Shown piece after piece: positions 9,575-19,487 of a DNA stretch of 64,000 nt. Position 1 is the first letter of the stretch; each line of letters opens with the position of its first letter. The notes below the pieces were generated by a model. That model ran no database searches. It was not told where the DNA came from and worked only from the letters and a program-made list of their open reading frames with translations. The position numbers and the translations under genes are program-made. The DNA comes from Bdellovibrionales bacterium (GTDB lineage Bacteria > Bdellovibrionota > Bdellovibrionia > Bdellovibrionales > UBA1609). Location: contig CBDHDF010000011.1 in NCBI GenBank assembly GCA_965261545.1, positions 608,001-672,000 of the forward strand, in the 5' to 3' direction.

Positions 9575-10873
9575 TCACTGGGGAATGGGAAATCTCTTGC
9601 AAAGTTCTTGGACCTTATTTTTAGTGGATGGGATGAGGTCCTCACTTGTGGGGGATTCAAGAAGATCGGAGATCCAACCACCGATAAGTTTCATTTCTTG
9701 GGTTTTCATTTTTCTTGTGGTCAAGGCGGGGGAGCCCAGTCGAATGCCACTTGTAACAAAGGGACTTCGTTTTTCGTTGGGAACCGTGTTTTTATTGACA
9801 GTCATTCCCGCTCTATCGAGGAGCCTTTCGGCTTCTTGCCCAGTGATATTTCGATCGGATAAATCCAAGAGTATAAGGTGGTTGTCTGTTCCTCCTGTGA
9901 CAAGCTGAAATCCCCTGGTGGCAAGACTCTCCCCTAGAGCCTGTGCATTTTGGATCACTTGTTTTCCATAGTTTTTAAATTCAGGTTGGAGGGCTTCGTG
10001 GAAAGCGATGGCCTTAGCGCCAATGACATGCTCCAGGGGGCCACCCTGAATGCCAGGAAAGATTTTTGAATTTATCTTTTTTGCTGAGCTTTCAGGGCAG
10101 AGAATGAATCCTCCCCTTGGTCCCCGAAGGGTTTTGTGGGTGGTGGAGGTGACATAGTCTGCATAGGGAACGGGGGAGGGATGGACTTCTGCGGCCACAA
10201 GTCCTGCAAAGTGGGCCATGTCCACGAGAAGAAGAGCACCTACTTTGTCGGCAATATCGCGAAAGGCTTGGAAGTCTAACTGTCGTGGGTAGGCACTGTA
10301 GCCCGCAATGAGAAGGGCCGGGCGGTGTTTTTTGGCAGCATCAAGTATGGTGTTGTAATTGAGGCGCCCTGTTTCAGGATCTAAGCCATAGGAAACCACC
10401 CGAAAGAGAATCCCACTAAAGTTGACAGGTGAGCCGTGGGTTAAGTGCCCCCCATGGGAGAGATCCATACCCATGATGGTGTCTCCTGGTTGGAGAGCGG
10501 CTAAGTAAGCCCCCATATTGGCTTGGGAACCAGAGTGGGGTTGCACATTGGCATGCTCGGCTCCAAAGAGTTTTTTAGCTCGGTCGATGGCGATTTGTTC
10601 GATACCGTCCACGAACTCACAGCCACCGTAGTAGCGCTTTTTAGGATAACCTTCGGCATACTTGTTCGTTAAGATGGACCCTTGAAGAGCCATGACGGCA
10701 GATGAGGCATAGTTTTCAGAGGCAATCATTTCAAGGCCAAGTTCCTGGCGTTGTGACTCCTGTTGGAGAAAGTTAAAAATTTCGGGATCATGGGACTCTA
10801 GGAATTGGATAGACTTTAAGGAGTCTAGGTCTAGGGATTGGGGTTTTTGAGATTTTAAGGTGGAGATAGACAT
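9575..10873 (-). CDS. glyA: Serine hydroxymethyltransferase
   Basis: [23 protein letters not shown] and [12 protein letters not shown]. Start moved to ATG 10873, which has RBS TAAGGA; the longer ORF start lies in IS DNA. Confidence 0.96.
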   Translation of the reverse strand: MSISTLKSQKPQSLDLDSLKSIQFLESHDPEIFNFLQQESQRQELGLEMIASENYASSAVMALQGSILTNKYAEGYPKKRYYGGCEFVDGIEQIAIDRAKKLFGAEHANVQPHSGSQANMGAYLAALQPGDTIMGMDLSHGGHLTHGSPVNFSGILFRVVSYGLDPETGRLNYNTILDAAKKHRPALLIAGYSAYPRQLDFQAFRDIADKVGALLLVDMAHFAGLVAAEVHPSPVPYADYVTSTTHKTLRGPRGGFILCPESSAKKINSKIFPGIQGGPLEHVIGAKAIAFHEALQPEFKNYGKQVIQNAQALGESLATRGFQLVTGGTDNHLILLDLSDRNITGQEAERLLDRAGMTVNKNTVPNEKRSPFVTSGIRLGSPALTTRKMKTQEMKLIGGWISDLLESPTSEDLIPSTKNKVQELCKRFPIPQ

Positions 10874-10892
10874 AGTTGGTTGTTTCCTTATG

Positions 10893-10975
10893 TGCAGTAG
10901 TTTAGAATTGTGTTGACATGACACCCCTTGCTACAGTCTTTTCTACAGATTTTATATGCGTATAGTCACCTCCTC
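10893..10975 (-). mobile_element. Isolated right end of an IS481-family element
   Basis: 83 bp that are the reverse complement of 27203-27285 with 3 mismatches. That second copy follows an IS481 transposase C-terminus. Confidence 0.8.
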
Positions 10976-11317
10976 TATATTGAATTTTTATCTTTCAAAA
11001 TCTTGACAACGCCTCGCGTTCATAGCCATAATTGTGGTCATGTCTTCTATATATGAGCAAGAAATAAAGGGCGAAACTTACCTCTATAAGTCCACAAGCT
11101 ATTGGGACAAAGAGAAGAAACAATCTCGTTCTAAAAAGGTTTATCTTGGCAAAAAAGATCCATCAACAGGTAAACTAATTCCTAAATCTCAATCCAGTAT
11201 TCCGACATCTTCCCAAGATGTTGGTTCTCTCCATTTATTGAAATACATTAGCAAGAAATTAGGTTTGATACAAATACTTAAAAAATCTTTTCCAGATGAT
11301 TATGAACAAATTCTCGA
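10975..11317 (+). mobile_element. IS1634-like element: left end and truncated transposase N-terminus
   Basis: MSSIYEQEIKGETYLYKSTSYWDKEKKQSRSKKVYLGK matches the recalled IS1634 transposase start pattern. Similarity ends at ~11317, where another terminus-like sequence (CTATATCCGACTTTCTCGG) begins. Confidence 0.7.
11003..11032 (+). promoter_or_regulatory. Sigma70-type promoter of the IS1634-like transposase
   Basis: TTGACA-18 nt-CATAAT immediately before the ORF start. Confidence 0.5.
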
Positions 11318-11519
11318 CTATATCCGACTTTCTCGGAGCCTAAAGTCCAAATTCCCTAGGGAAATAGCTAAAAACTGGATGTACAGGTTATTTCTAAGAT
11401 TTGTACATAAAAACACGGAGGACAGGGCCAAACCACTTGTGTGGAGAGCCCGCCGTTATCCACGACTCACCCACAGCAGCGTCCCCTGACAAAAATATTC
11501 CACCAGAGATGAAGGAGCT

Positions 11520-11811
11520 TCTTCACAAAAAGGTCATTCACTCTCTGTTAATACAATTTCTTTACTATGAAAAGGATTAAGTCTAGAAAACCCCTTCTCA
11601 AGACACTTGGATAAAATCACCAAGCCTGTGCCATCATAGTACAGACTTTTGCACGACGTACGACGGCGGTTGATAAACAAAAATAAATGACCCGAAAAAG
11701 GGTTCTTATCTAAAACTGTCTTGGCTAAATGAAATAAAGAATCATAAGAAGCCCCATATCTGTGGGCTCCTTGCAGACAAATATTTTGGTCCTACGGTTC
11801 AGAGCTATCAT
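11520..11811 (-). pseudogene. tnpB: IS66 accessory protein TnpB, frameshifted
   Basis: MIALNRRTKIFVCKEPTDM / SYDSLFHLAKTVLDKNPFSGHLFLFINRRRTSCKSLYYDGTGLVILSKCLEKG; a 1-bp frameshift follows PTDM. Confidence 0.8.
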
Positions 11812-12035
11812 GAAGCCTTCTTCTCTGTCTTATTTAGAAACTCAATCAACCCATCCACATGGGAAGGCGGATGACTTGACCCCTCGACCATCTCAAAATG
11901 ATACCTGAGCGGGATGGCGAGCAAACCTCCTCCTCGTAAGTGGTAAGTGGTTATGGATTCAGTGCCCAACTCCAAAAATTCCAATACCCTGCTCATTCCT
12001 TCTGAGTTTTGAATTCTTGGTTTTGACTTTGCCAA
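11808..12035 (-). pseudogene. Probable IS66 TnpA remnant
   Basis: Short ORF overlapping the tnpB start (ATGA), the usual IS66 arrangement. Sequence evidence alone is weak. Confidence 0.4.
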
Positions 12036-12247
12036 CTCAGTAGACTTTTGTACGGTCAGATGATCTTAAGGGTAAAAATATGAAGATAAAAAGCCGATAA
12101 CTATAAATAGTTGAGTAGTTAATACAAAGTTTGAGTCGTCGATAAACCTGGCTCTAGATGTTTTTGAACATAGAAGCTATGTGTAGAAAACTCTCCATAG
12201 CCCATGAGATATCATAGTATATTAAGTATATATAGGAGGTTTTACTT

Positions 12248-13771
12248 ATGGCACAGGGACTTAAAATGTCCATGAAGTTTTCTCAACAGTTACGAATGAC
12301 ACCTCAGTTGCAGCAGGCGATTAAACTTCTACAGCTTTCAAAAATGGAGATGGACATTGCCATACGCAAAGAGCTCAACGAAAACCCTGTTCTCGAAGAA
12401 ATTCATGAAGTGGATGGCGATGACCCAGCTCAAAAAGATAACCAGGTCAGCGAGGATATTCAGGATACAGATACCAAGAGTATCGATGATGCTGATCCTA
12501 GGAAGCAAGATGAATTCGATTGGGAAAGTTATATAGAAAGCCAATATAAGCCCAGTCACTCAGGGGAAGGGTTCTCAGATGAGGTTATAAATTACGAAAA
12601 CCTAATGTCCACCACAAAGACACTTCATGAGCATTTGACATGGCAAGCAAGTATGTCTGGCTTTAACGACGAAGAGCTTCAAATTGTTAATATACTTATT
12701 AACTATATCAATGACGACGGATACTGCGGAGTTTCTCTAGAGAAAATTGCCGAGCATGAAGAGGATATAACATGTCAAGACCTAGAAGAGGTTCTCCCCT
12801 TTGTACAAGAATTTGACCCCCCAGGAGTAGGAGCTCGAAATCTTGAGGAGTGCTTGCTACTACAAGCTCAGAATTTACAAGAAGACACCCATGATCTCGT
12901 TTACATCATTAAAAATCACCTCAAGAATTTAGAAAAGAAAAATTTTCAGGCTATTGCCAAAGACATGAATGTTGAGTTGGATTATACTGCGGACTTATGT
13001 CATATGATTCTTAATATGGATCCCAAGCCGGGTCGCCTCTTTCTTACTCCAGAAACTCACTTTGTCACTCCCGATGTTTATGTACAAAAAGTGGCTGATG
13101 AATATGTGGTTCTTCTCAACGAAGATGGACTCCCTCGTTTAAAGGTTTCTAACTTGTATAAAAACTTACTTCAAGAGGGTAAGACCGCAGCCTCCAACTT
13201 GATACAAAAATCCTCTGGAGATGAAATGAAACCTCTAGAAAGTGATGTCGCTGTTAAAACCATTGGTAAAAAAGGAACACAGGACTACATTCAAAATAAA
13301 TTGCGTTCAGCCGTGTGGCTCATTCGCTCCATTCATCAAAGACAACGTACCATTTACAAAGTAACAGAAAGTATTGTAAAGCATCAAACTGATTTTCTTG
13401 ATAAAGGACCTTCTTTTATTAAACCTATGATTCTTAAAGATATTGCCAATGATATTGAAATGCATGAATCCACTGTGAGCCGTGTGACCACAAATAAGTA
13501 CGTTCACACCCCCCATGGCATTTTTGAACTCAAGTACTTTTTTAGTTCTGGCATCCATAAAGCCGATGGAGCCATTGTCGCCAGTGAATCTGTGAAGCTC
13601 AAAGTAAAGAAATTGATCGAAGAAGAAGACCCCAAACACCCTTTTTCAGATCAAAAAATTGTAGACATCCTATCCAAAGATGGCATTAATATCGCCCGTC
13701 GAACAGTGGCAAAGTACAGAGAATCCTTAAAGATTCTCCCTTCTTCTCAGCGTAAGAAATTCTATATCTAA
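12248..13771 (+). CDS. rpoN: RNA polymerase sigma-54 factor
   Basis: TPQLQQAIKLLQL, MHESTVSR and the RpoN box ARRTVAKYRE. Confidence 0.97.
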   Translation: MAQGLKMSMKFSQQLRMTPQLQQAIKLLQLSKMEMDIAIRKELNENPVLEEIHEVDGDDPAQKDNQVSEDIQDTDTKSIDDADPRKQDEFDWESYIESQYKPSHSGEGFSDEVINYENLMSTTKTLHEHLTWQASMSGFNDEELQIVNILINYINDDGYCGVSLEKIAEHEEDITCQDLEEVLPFVQEFDPPGVGARNLEECLLLQAQNLQEDTHDLVYIIKNHLKNLEKKNFQAIAKDMNVELDYTADLCHMILNMDPKPGRLFLTPETHFVTPDVYVQKVADEYVVLLNEDGLPRLKVSNLYKNLLQEGKTAASNLIQKSSGDEMKPLESDVAVKTIGKKGTQDYIQNKLRSAVWLIRSIHQRQRTIYKVTESIVKHQTDFLDKGPSFIKPMILKDIANDIEMHESTVSRVTTNKYVHTPHGIFELKYFFSSGIHKADGAIVASESVKLKVKKLIEEEDPKHPFSDQKIVDILSKDGINIARRTVAKYRESLKILPSSQRKKFYI

Positions 13772-13872
13772 ATTACCTGAGTTTGTGGTCATTTTTATAC
13801 ACTACAAAATGAATAGATTTTAAAATGAGGGTGTCGAAAAAGGCCGAAGCTTTGCTCTCGAAATGGTCGGTG

Positions 13873-15210
13873 TTATCCTTGTTGGCTGAGTTCTTCGCCC
13901 CATGGAGCGGCCCAAAGCAAAAGAATCATTCCAGGAATAGCGCAGGCCGTGCAAAAGTAAAAGAAATTAATATACCCCATTCCTTCAAAGGAGCCAAATA
14001 TTTCAAAGTATATTCCATCTGTGGATTGAACACCTTCAATGAGAAAGCCCGTTGTTGCATTGGCCAGGGTTCTTGGCAAAGCCAAAATACTTGAAAACAA
14101 TGCAAATTGGGTCGCTGTAAAATTGATATTGGAAGATCGAGCCATAAAGGCAACCATCGCAGAGGCTCCAAGGCCGACACCAAGGTATTCGAACGCAATG
14201 ACAGAGCCCAAAAGAAAAATGGGTGAAAGGAGGTAATCTAGAAAAATCACCCCTTGAGGGTAAGTCGCAAGCAAGGCAAAGCCAAGAATGCTTATCATTT
14301 GAACAAAACCAAAAATCCAAAGAGATTTATTAATACCAATCTTAAAAATAATTACACCACCCAGGAAAGTACCTATGAGAGTGGAAAAGAAACCTGTAGA
14401 CTTTACGATGGAACCAATGATGGCCTTTGAAAAGCCCATGTCTAAATAAAATGGTGTGGATAAGGCTGTTGCTAGATTGTCACCGAATTTATAAAAAAAC
14501 ATAAAGACAATAACGAGAATGGCCTGATGGATTCCCTTTCTTTTAAAAAACTCTTTCAGCGGTTCCACCACAGAATCTCGAAGGCTTTTGGGTGGATTTA
14601 TGTTTTGAATGGCTTCTTTAATAAGAAAAGTTTTTACAATTCCCACGACCATAAACAAACCTATAATGAAATGAACAGTAGGCCACGGCATCGTTCCTGC
14701 GAGAAAAATGCCCAAGCCTCCAGAGATAAAGCCCGAAGCACGATAGCCATTCATATACATGGAGTTTCCAAGCCCCAGTTCCCCATCGGGGAGCAACTCT
14801 CTGCGGTAGGCATCAAGAACAATGTCTTGGCTAGCAGAAAAGAAGGCGAGTACAAAGGCCGTGTAGGCAATAAGCCAAATAGAAAGTTTGGGATCAAGAA
14901 AGCTAAATGCAAACATGGTGGCCATCAAGGCCACCTGGGTTATGAGCATCCATCCACGCCTTCGACCGAGGAATGGAGGGGTCCATCGATCCATGATGGG
15001 TGACCAAATGAACTTCCAGGTGTAGGGGAGACCTATAAGAGCAAATAAACCAATGGTCTTAAGGTCAACTCCCTCATCTCTCAACCAAGCTGGTACTAAT
15101 TGAAATAGATAGTAGAGGGGCAGGCCCGCCGTAAAACCATTAAAAATGCAGATAAGCATATTCTTATTGATAATGGCTCTGAAGAGGCTCTTATTTTTTT
15201 TTTCTGACAC
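13873..15210 (-). CDS. ampG: AmpG-family muropeptide MFS permease
   Basis: GLPL, KFIWSPIMD, GRRRGWM, SASQDIVLDAYR and TATQFAL. Confidence 0.92.
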   Translation of the reverse strand: MSEKKNKSLFRAIINKNMLICIFNGFTAGLPLYYLFQLVPAWLRDEGVDLKTIGLFALIGLPYTWKFIWSPIMDRWTPPFLGRRRGWMLITQVALMATMFAFSFLDPKLSIWLIAYTAFVLAFFSASQDIVLDAYRRELLPDGELGLGNSMYMNGYRASGFISGGLGIFLAGTMPWPTVHFIIGLFMVVGIVKTFLIKEAIQNINPPKSLRDSVVEPLKEFFKRKGIHQAILVIVFMFFYKFGDNLATALSTPFYLDMGFSKAIIGSIVKSTGFFSTLIGTFLGGVIIFKIGINKSLWIFGFVQMISILGFALLATYPQGVIFLDYLLSPIFLLGSVIAFEYLGVGLGASAMVAFMARSSNINFTATQFALFSSILALPRTLANATTGFLIEGVQSTDGIYFEIFGSFEGMGYINFFYFCTACAIPGMILLLWAAPWGEELSQQG

Positions 15211-15216
15211 TTCTTC

Positions 15217-15918
15217 CTAAGCTGCCTGGGGTTGAATTTCTAGATTTTTAATGTACTCAATAATGGTTGACTGGGACTCCATGTGAATCTGCTCAAATTT
15301 AATTCCAACATACCCACTTTGTGAAATATAGCGAACTTCTGCAATAGCCTTAAGTGGAGAAAAAAAATGCTCACTTTGAATCTCAAGATGCATTCTCTGA
15401 CCCACGGATAAGTGAGGTGCCTCAGTGATACCACAGCCACCTAAGCTAATGGTTTTGAGTTTTGAAATATGACTCTGACCATCCACCTTGGTCACCACAG
15501 TGCCGTCAATATCAGCTCTAGGATGAGCCCTTCGGTTCAGTCCCACAGCCTTAATGATATCATTGAATTCAAAAATACTTTTCCATGATGGCATGTCTTT
15601 TGTCCATAGAGTCACGGCTTGTTTATTGTCAACTTGTTGTATCTCTTCAATAAGTTGGTCTTTGGGAAAGGGGCCAAATGATTCCCCCTTATGAGCGTAA
15701 TACCATGGTTGAAGTTGTTTTTGCACAGAGATTTTGTAATCTTTTAAAATACTTGGGACTTCCTTCTGCCACCTGCGCAGAGTGCTCCATTCCTTTTGTG
15801 CACAAGACCATATAAGGAACTCTGAGTGAATAATTCCACTGTCTGACATTTCATGGACTTTTTCCGTAGAGAAAGGACCTGAAACTTCTTCGTTATTGCA
15901 TACGAACCACTTTATCAT
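15217..15918 (-). CDS. Tandem GYF_2 (DUF4339)-like domains plus a C-terminal PilZ domain
   Basis: Two W(F/Y)x7GPF...(L/V)W...W repeats; PilZ RRAHPR and TISLGG. Confidence 0.8.
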   Translation of the reverse strand: MIKWFVCNNEEVSGPFSTEKVHEMSDSGIIHSEFLIWSCAQKEWSTLRRWQKEVPSILKDYKISVQKQLQPWYYAHKGESFGPFPKDQLIEEIQQVDNKQAVTLWTKDMPSWKSIFEFNDIIKAVGLNRRAHPRADIDGTVVTKVDGQSHISKLKTISLGGCGITEAPHLSVGQRMHLEIQSEHFFSPLKAIAEVRYISQSGYVGIKFEQIHMESQSTIIEYIKNLEIQPQAA

Positions 15919-16142
15919 AAGAAAAATATCGGAACTTGGTAGGTAAGTTCTTTAGATTTTAGTACAAATTAAGACATTTATCTAGGAAGTTCTTTGTATC
16001 TAGGAAGTTCTCTTGAACTTAATTTGGGTTTACTAAAGAAATACAAAGGGTAGACCCTCATTTATGTCCAGTCGCACGGTCGCAGAAACCCTATTGGTTT
16101 CCGCCCTGCGAGGGCGCCTATGTACCCCTCTTTGACAGAAAT

Positions 16143-17558
16143 TTACAGAAGCTCTTGGTAATCTATAATTTCGACGGCACCTATGGAGCGGATTTGTTCA
16201 ATAGTTTGATCTTTGGGACCATAGATAACAATTTTAATATTGTCGGGGTCAATGGCCCTTTTAATAGCTTTATGGACGTCGGAGGTGCGAATGCGATTCA
16301 CATTTTCATAAAATTGAGTCAGATATGTTTTTGGGACACCAAAAAATTTCAGTGTTAATAAATTAAGGGCAAGGCTGTCTGCGGTTTCGAGCGCTCTTGG
16401 GAAATTCCCTTTGAGAACAGCTTTGGCTCGTTGAAGTTCTTTTTTTGTCACCCCATCTTTTACAAAATTCTTAAGGTTATAGAGAGTTTCTCTTATGGTT
16501 TCACCGACCTTTTCATGTCGAGTGGATGTTGAGATTACAAAGGGACCAAAGTCTTTTCTCGCATCAAAGAAGGAACCAATGTGATAAGTCAGACCTCTTT
16601 TGAGTCGAATTTCGTCTACGAGGCGGCTTCCAAAATCATATCCCAAAATAATATTGGCAAGCTTTAAAGTGAGATAGTCGGGGTGGGACCTTTGAATCCC
16701 CTTGTGAGTCAGGCGTATTTGTGTTTGCTGGACGTCGGCACGGTGAACAAGGCGAATCTGGACACCTGAAATCTTAGGAACTTCAGGATAATGAACGGAA
16801 GAAACATGGTTCCCCTGCCAAAGCCCCAAGTGAGTTTCTAGTTGAGAAATGATATTGTCATCAAAGTCTCCCACCACAGCAAGCATGGAATTTTTTGGAG
16901 TGTAGTGCTCTTTATAGAACTGCAAGATATCTTTGCGGCGGAGGCTCTGAATATTTTTCTTATTTCCAGTGGGGTATCGAGAGTAAGGGTGGTTGCCGTA
17001 GAGGTAGGATTGGAGCACCACCTCAGTGAAAGCTTCAGGTTTATCGACCCTTTTGACCAAAGTGGCAAGAACTTTTTCCTTTAAATTTCTTAATTCATAT
17101 TTTGAAAAAGTGGGTTGGAGAAGAACCTCTGAAAAATCTTTGAGTAACTGGTCTTTATAAAAGGAGAGACCTGATGTTGACATAGTGGTGGTATCTTGGT
17201 CTGAGAAAATACTGAGAGAACTGCCCAACTGTTCTAGGGATTGGGTGATTTCTATGGCGGAGCGTTTTTCGGTTCCCTTATTTATGAGTTGAGCTGTGAG
17301 GTGGGAAAGGCCAAATTTTCCATGGGGATCGGAACTGGCTCCCGAGCGAATGACTAGGGCCAACTCAAGGTAAGGAAGCTTTTTATCGGGTATGAGTAAG
17401 ACCGGGAGTCCATTGGACAGTGTTATTTCACTGAAGGGCCTGAGTTTGAATTTAGAGCTTTGACTTGAAAGTTCTTGGCGATGCTGAGGGGAAGCCTGGC
17501 AAGCTTCGAGGAGCATCATCAAGATCAATGTAAGTCCTATTCTTATGAGATTCCTCAC
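16143..17558 (-). CDS. M16 peptidase, non-catalytic subunit (lipoprotein)
   Basis: LSNGL, SRLVDEIRLKRGLTY; HxxEH is degenerate (HLTAQ); lipobox LEAC. Confidence 0.85.
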   Translation of the reverse strand: MRNLIRIGLTLILMMLLEACQASPQHRQELSSQSSKFKLRPFSEITLSNGLPVLLIPDKKLPYLELALVIRSGASSDPHGKFGLSHLTAQLINKGTEKRSAIEITQSLEQLGSSLSIFSDQDTTTMSTSGLSFYKDQLLKDFSEVLLQPTFSKYELRNLKEKVLATLVKRVDKPEAFTEVVLQSYLYGNHPYSRYPTGNKKNIQSLRRKDILQFYKEHYTPKNSMLAVVGDFDDNIISQLETHLGLWQGNHVSSVHYPEVPKISGVQIRLVHRADVQQTQIRLTHKGIQRSHPDYLTLKLANIILGYDFGSRLVDEIRLKRGLTYHIGSFFDARKDFGPFVISTSTRHEKVGETIRETLYNLKNFVKDGVTKKELQRAKAVLKGNFPRALETADSLALNLLTLKFFGVPKTYLTQFYENVNRIRTSDVHKAIKRAIDPDNIKIVIYGPKDQTIEQIRSIGAVEIIDYQELL

Positions 17559-19006
17559 AATGTCTCCTTTTTAACGATTTCCACAAGGGATTTTTGAGTG
17601 GGGTTCAAGTATTTTTGAGCCACGGCTAAGACGTCTTCTTTGGTGACGCGTTGATACCTATCCACGTCTAGAAAAAATTGGCTGTAGTCACCAAAGTAAA
17701 TTTCATTGAGGGCAAGAGTTTCAGTTTTTCCACTGATGCTTTTTAAGGAGTCCACATAAGCTCGCATCACTTGGTTTTTTGCTTTGGTCAGTTCTAGGTC
17801 AGTGACAAGGAAGTGGCGGAAGCGGCTGATGATTTTAAGCACTTTTTTTTGAGCTTGTTTTGTGCTTTTGTTGGGTTGCATGGACGTGAAAATGGCCAAG
17901 ACTCCAGGGTTTTTGGGGGTGTAGGCGTAGGCCGAGGAGGAAGTCGCCAGCCTTGACTTGACGACCAGGGATTGGTGGAGGCGACTTGATTCGCCGGATC
18001 CGAGAATAGAAGCGAGAATATCTAGGGCATAAGCATCATCGCTGCCCGCCTTTGTAATTTTATAGGCGTAGTAAAAAATAGGGGCTTGAACCTCTTTTTT
18101 GAGAGTGACCTTGCGTGGGGCCATTTGTTGGGGTTCGGTGGGTATGGTGCGGTCGGGGAGAGGCTGTGGAGGAATGGAACCATAATATTTTTTAATTATT
18201 TTTTTTGCCTTGGCTATGGAGATAGCCCCGACAATAATGAGAACCCCATTGTTGGGAGCGTAATGGGTTTTATAAAAGGCTTTGAGGTCGTCTATGCTGG
18301 CTCCATTGAGGTCGGCCATAGAGCCAAGAACAGTTGCTTTGTAGGGATGGACTTTAAAAACCGAGCCAAACATGGCTGCTCGGAGGGTTCCATGGATACT
18401 ATTATCGAGTCTAGATCGTCGCTCTTCTTTGACCACCTCTCTTTCGCTATCAATTTTGCTTTGCTCAAAGAGAAGGTTTTGCATTCGGTCGGACTCTATG
18501 TCTAGGATGAGCTCCATGGTTTCTTGGGTGCCCACAGTGTAGTAGCCCGTGTAATCGTGGGAAGTAAAGGCATTGTTTTCGAGGCCATGCTTTCTCATCA
18601 TGGAGTTAAAGTCGGGATACTTTTTTGTTCCCTTGAACATGAGGTGTTCAAAGAAATGGGCCAAGCCTGTTTTGCCCGGCTGTTCATGGCGAGAGCCCAC
18701 TCGGAACCAATGTTGAATATTCACTAAGGGGGTTGAGTGATCCTCGTGGAGGAGGACGGTTAGACCATTGTCCAACTGAAATTTTTCCACATGAAAGCGG
18801 ATTTGGTCGGCGACTTTTCTAAATATAGGGCTTTCAACCATTGCAGGCTGTCTTTGAATGTTTTTAGGGATGTTTCTAGAAGGAACTGTTTGAGGGATTG
18901 AACTTTCCAGGTAGAGAAGGGAAGCAAAAAAGAAAAAGACCACAGAGAGAAGAAGGTGGCGGTGGATAAGAATTTGAATTTGTAAGAGTTTTATTTCTGA
19001 GATCAT
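17555..19006 (-). CDS. M16 (pitrilysin/insulinase family) zinc peptidase, catalytic subunit
   Basis: GLAHFFEHLMFKGT, NAFT, EREVVKEERR. Confidence 0.92.
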   Translation of the reverse strand: MISEIKLLQIQILIHRHLLLSVVFFFFASLLYLESSIPQTVPSRNIPKNIQRQPAMVESPIFRKVADQIRFHVEKFQLDNGLTVLLHEDHSTPLVNIQHWFRVGSRHEQPGKTGLAHFFEHLMFKGTKKYPDFNSMMRKHGLENNAFTSHDYTGYYTVGTQETMELILDIESDRMQNLLFEQSKIDSEREVVKEERRSRLDNSIHGTLRAAMFGSVFKVHPYKATVLGSMADLNGASIDDLKAFYKTHYAPNNGVLIIVGAISIAKAKKIIKKYYGSIPPQPLPDRTIPTEPQQMAPRKVTLKKEVQAPIFYYAYKITKAGSDDAYALDILASILGSGESSRLHQSLVVKSRLATSSSAYAYTPKNPGVLAIFTSMQPNKSTKQAQKKVLKIISRFRHFLVTDLELTKAKNQVMRAYVDSLKSISGKTETLALNEIYFGDYSQFFLDVDRYQRVTKEDVLAVAQKYLNPTQKSLVEIVKKETL

Positions 19007-19029
19007 TTATATCACTTCCTTCCATCTTC

Positions 19030-19281
19030 TTATTTCTGTTTCTTACCGTATTTTTTACGGAACTTTTCAGCTCGTCCCTCTGTATCCACCAAGCGTTGCT
19101 GGCCCGTATAAAAGGGGTGAGACTGGCTGGAGATGTCAAATTTGACGAGAGGGTACTCCTGGCCATTTGTCCAATGGATTGTATCTTTGGTAGAAACGGT
19201 GGATTGGGTGAGGATGGTAAAGTCACAAGAAACATCTTTGAAAACGACATTTCGGGATTCAGGATGTAATTTTTTTTTCAT
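19030..19281 (-). CDS. rpmE2: 50S ribosomal protein L31 type B
   Basis: [27 protein letters not shown]; no CxxC zinc motifs. Confidence 0.92.
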   Translation of the reverse strand: MKKKLHPESRNVVFKDVSCDFTILTQSTVSTKDTIHWTNGQEYPLVKFDISSQSHPFYTGQQRLVDTEGRAEKFRKKYGKKQK

Positions 19282-19487
19282 GGCGGGGTCCTTTGAGCTT
19301 GGTTTGGTTTTGGTAGGTTCATTTGGTTCGCTTGGTTCATTGGGCCCATGGGTTCTTTAGGCCCATGAGTTCCGGGAACTCTTCGATTCTAGTTTTGTCA
19401 GGTATGGGTGTGTTTTGTCATTACATGGTGCAATATTTTTTTTTGAGAAAGCTACCGAATAGCTCATAAAAGTCATACCCTATTCCA

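Noticed and set aside
10874..10924. N-terminal extension of glyA in the ORF track
   Set aside because: The upstream ATG lies inside the IS481 end, and an RBS precedes ATG 10873.
11318..11489. C-terminal half of the 151-aa ORF 11034-11489 as transposase
   Set aside because: It is read-through into unrelated mobile-element DNA after the truncation point.
16072..16078. GTGCGAC on the minus strand as a group II intron 5' end
   Set aside because: No domain I-like sequence follows, and a 7-mer is expected by chance.
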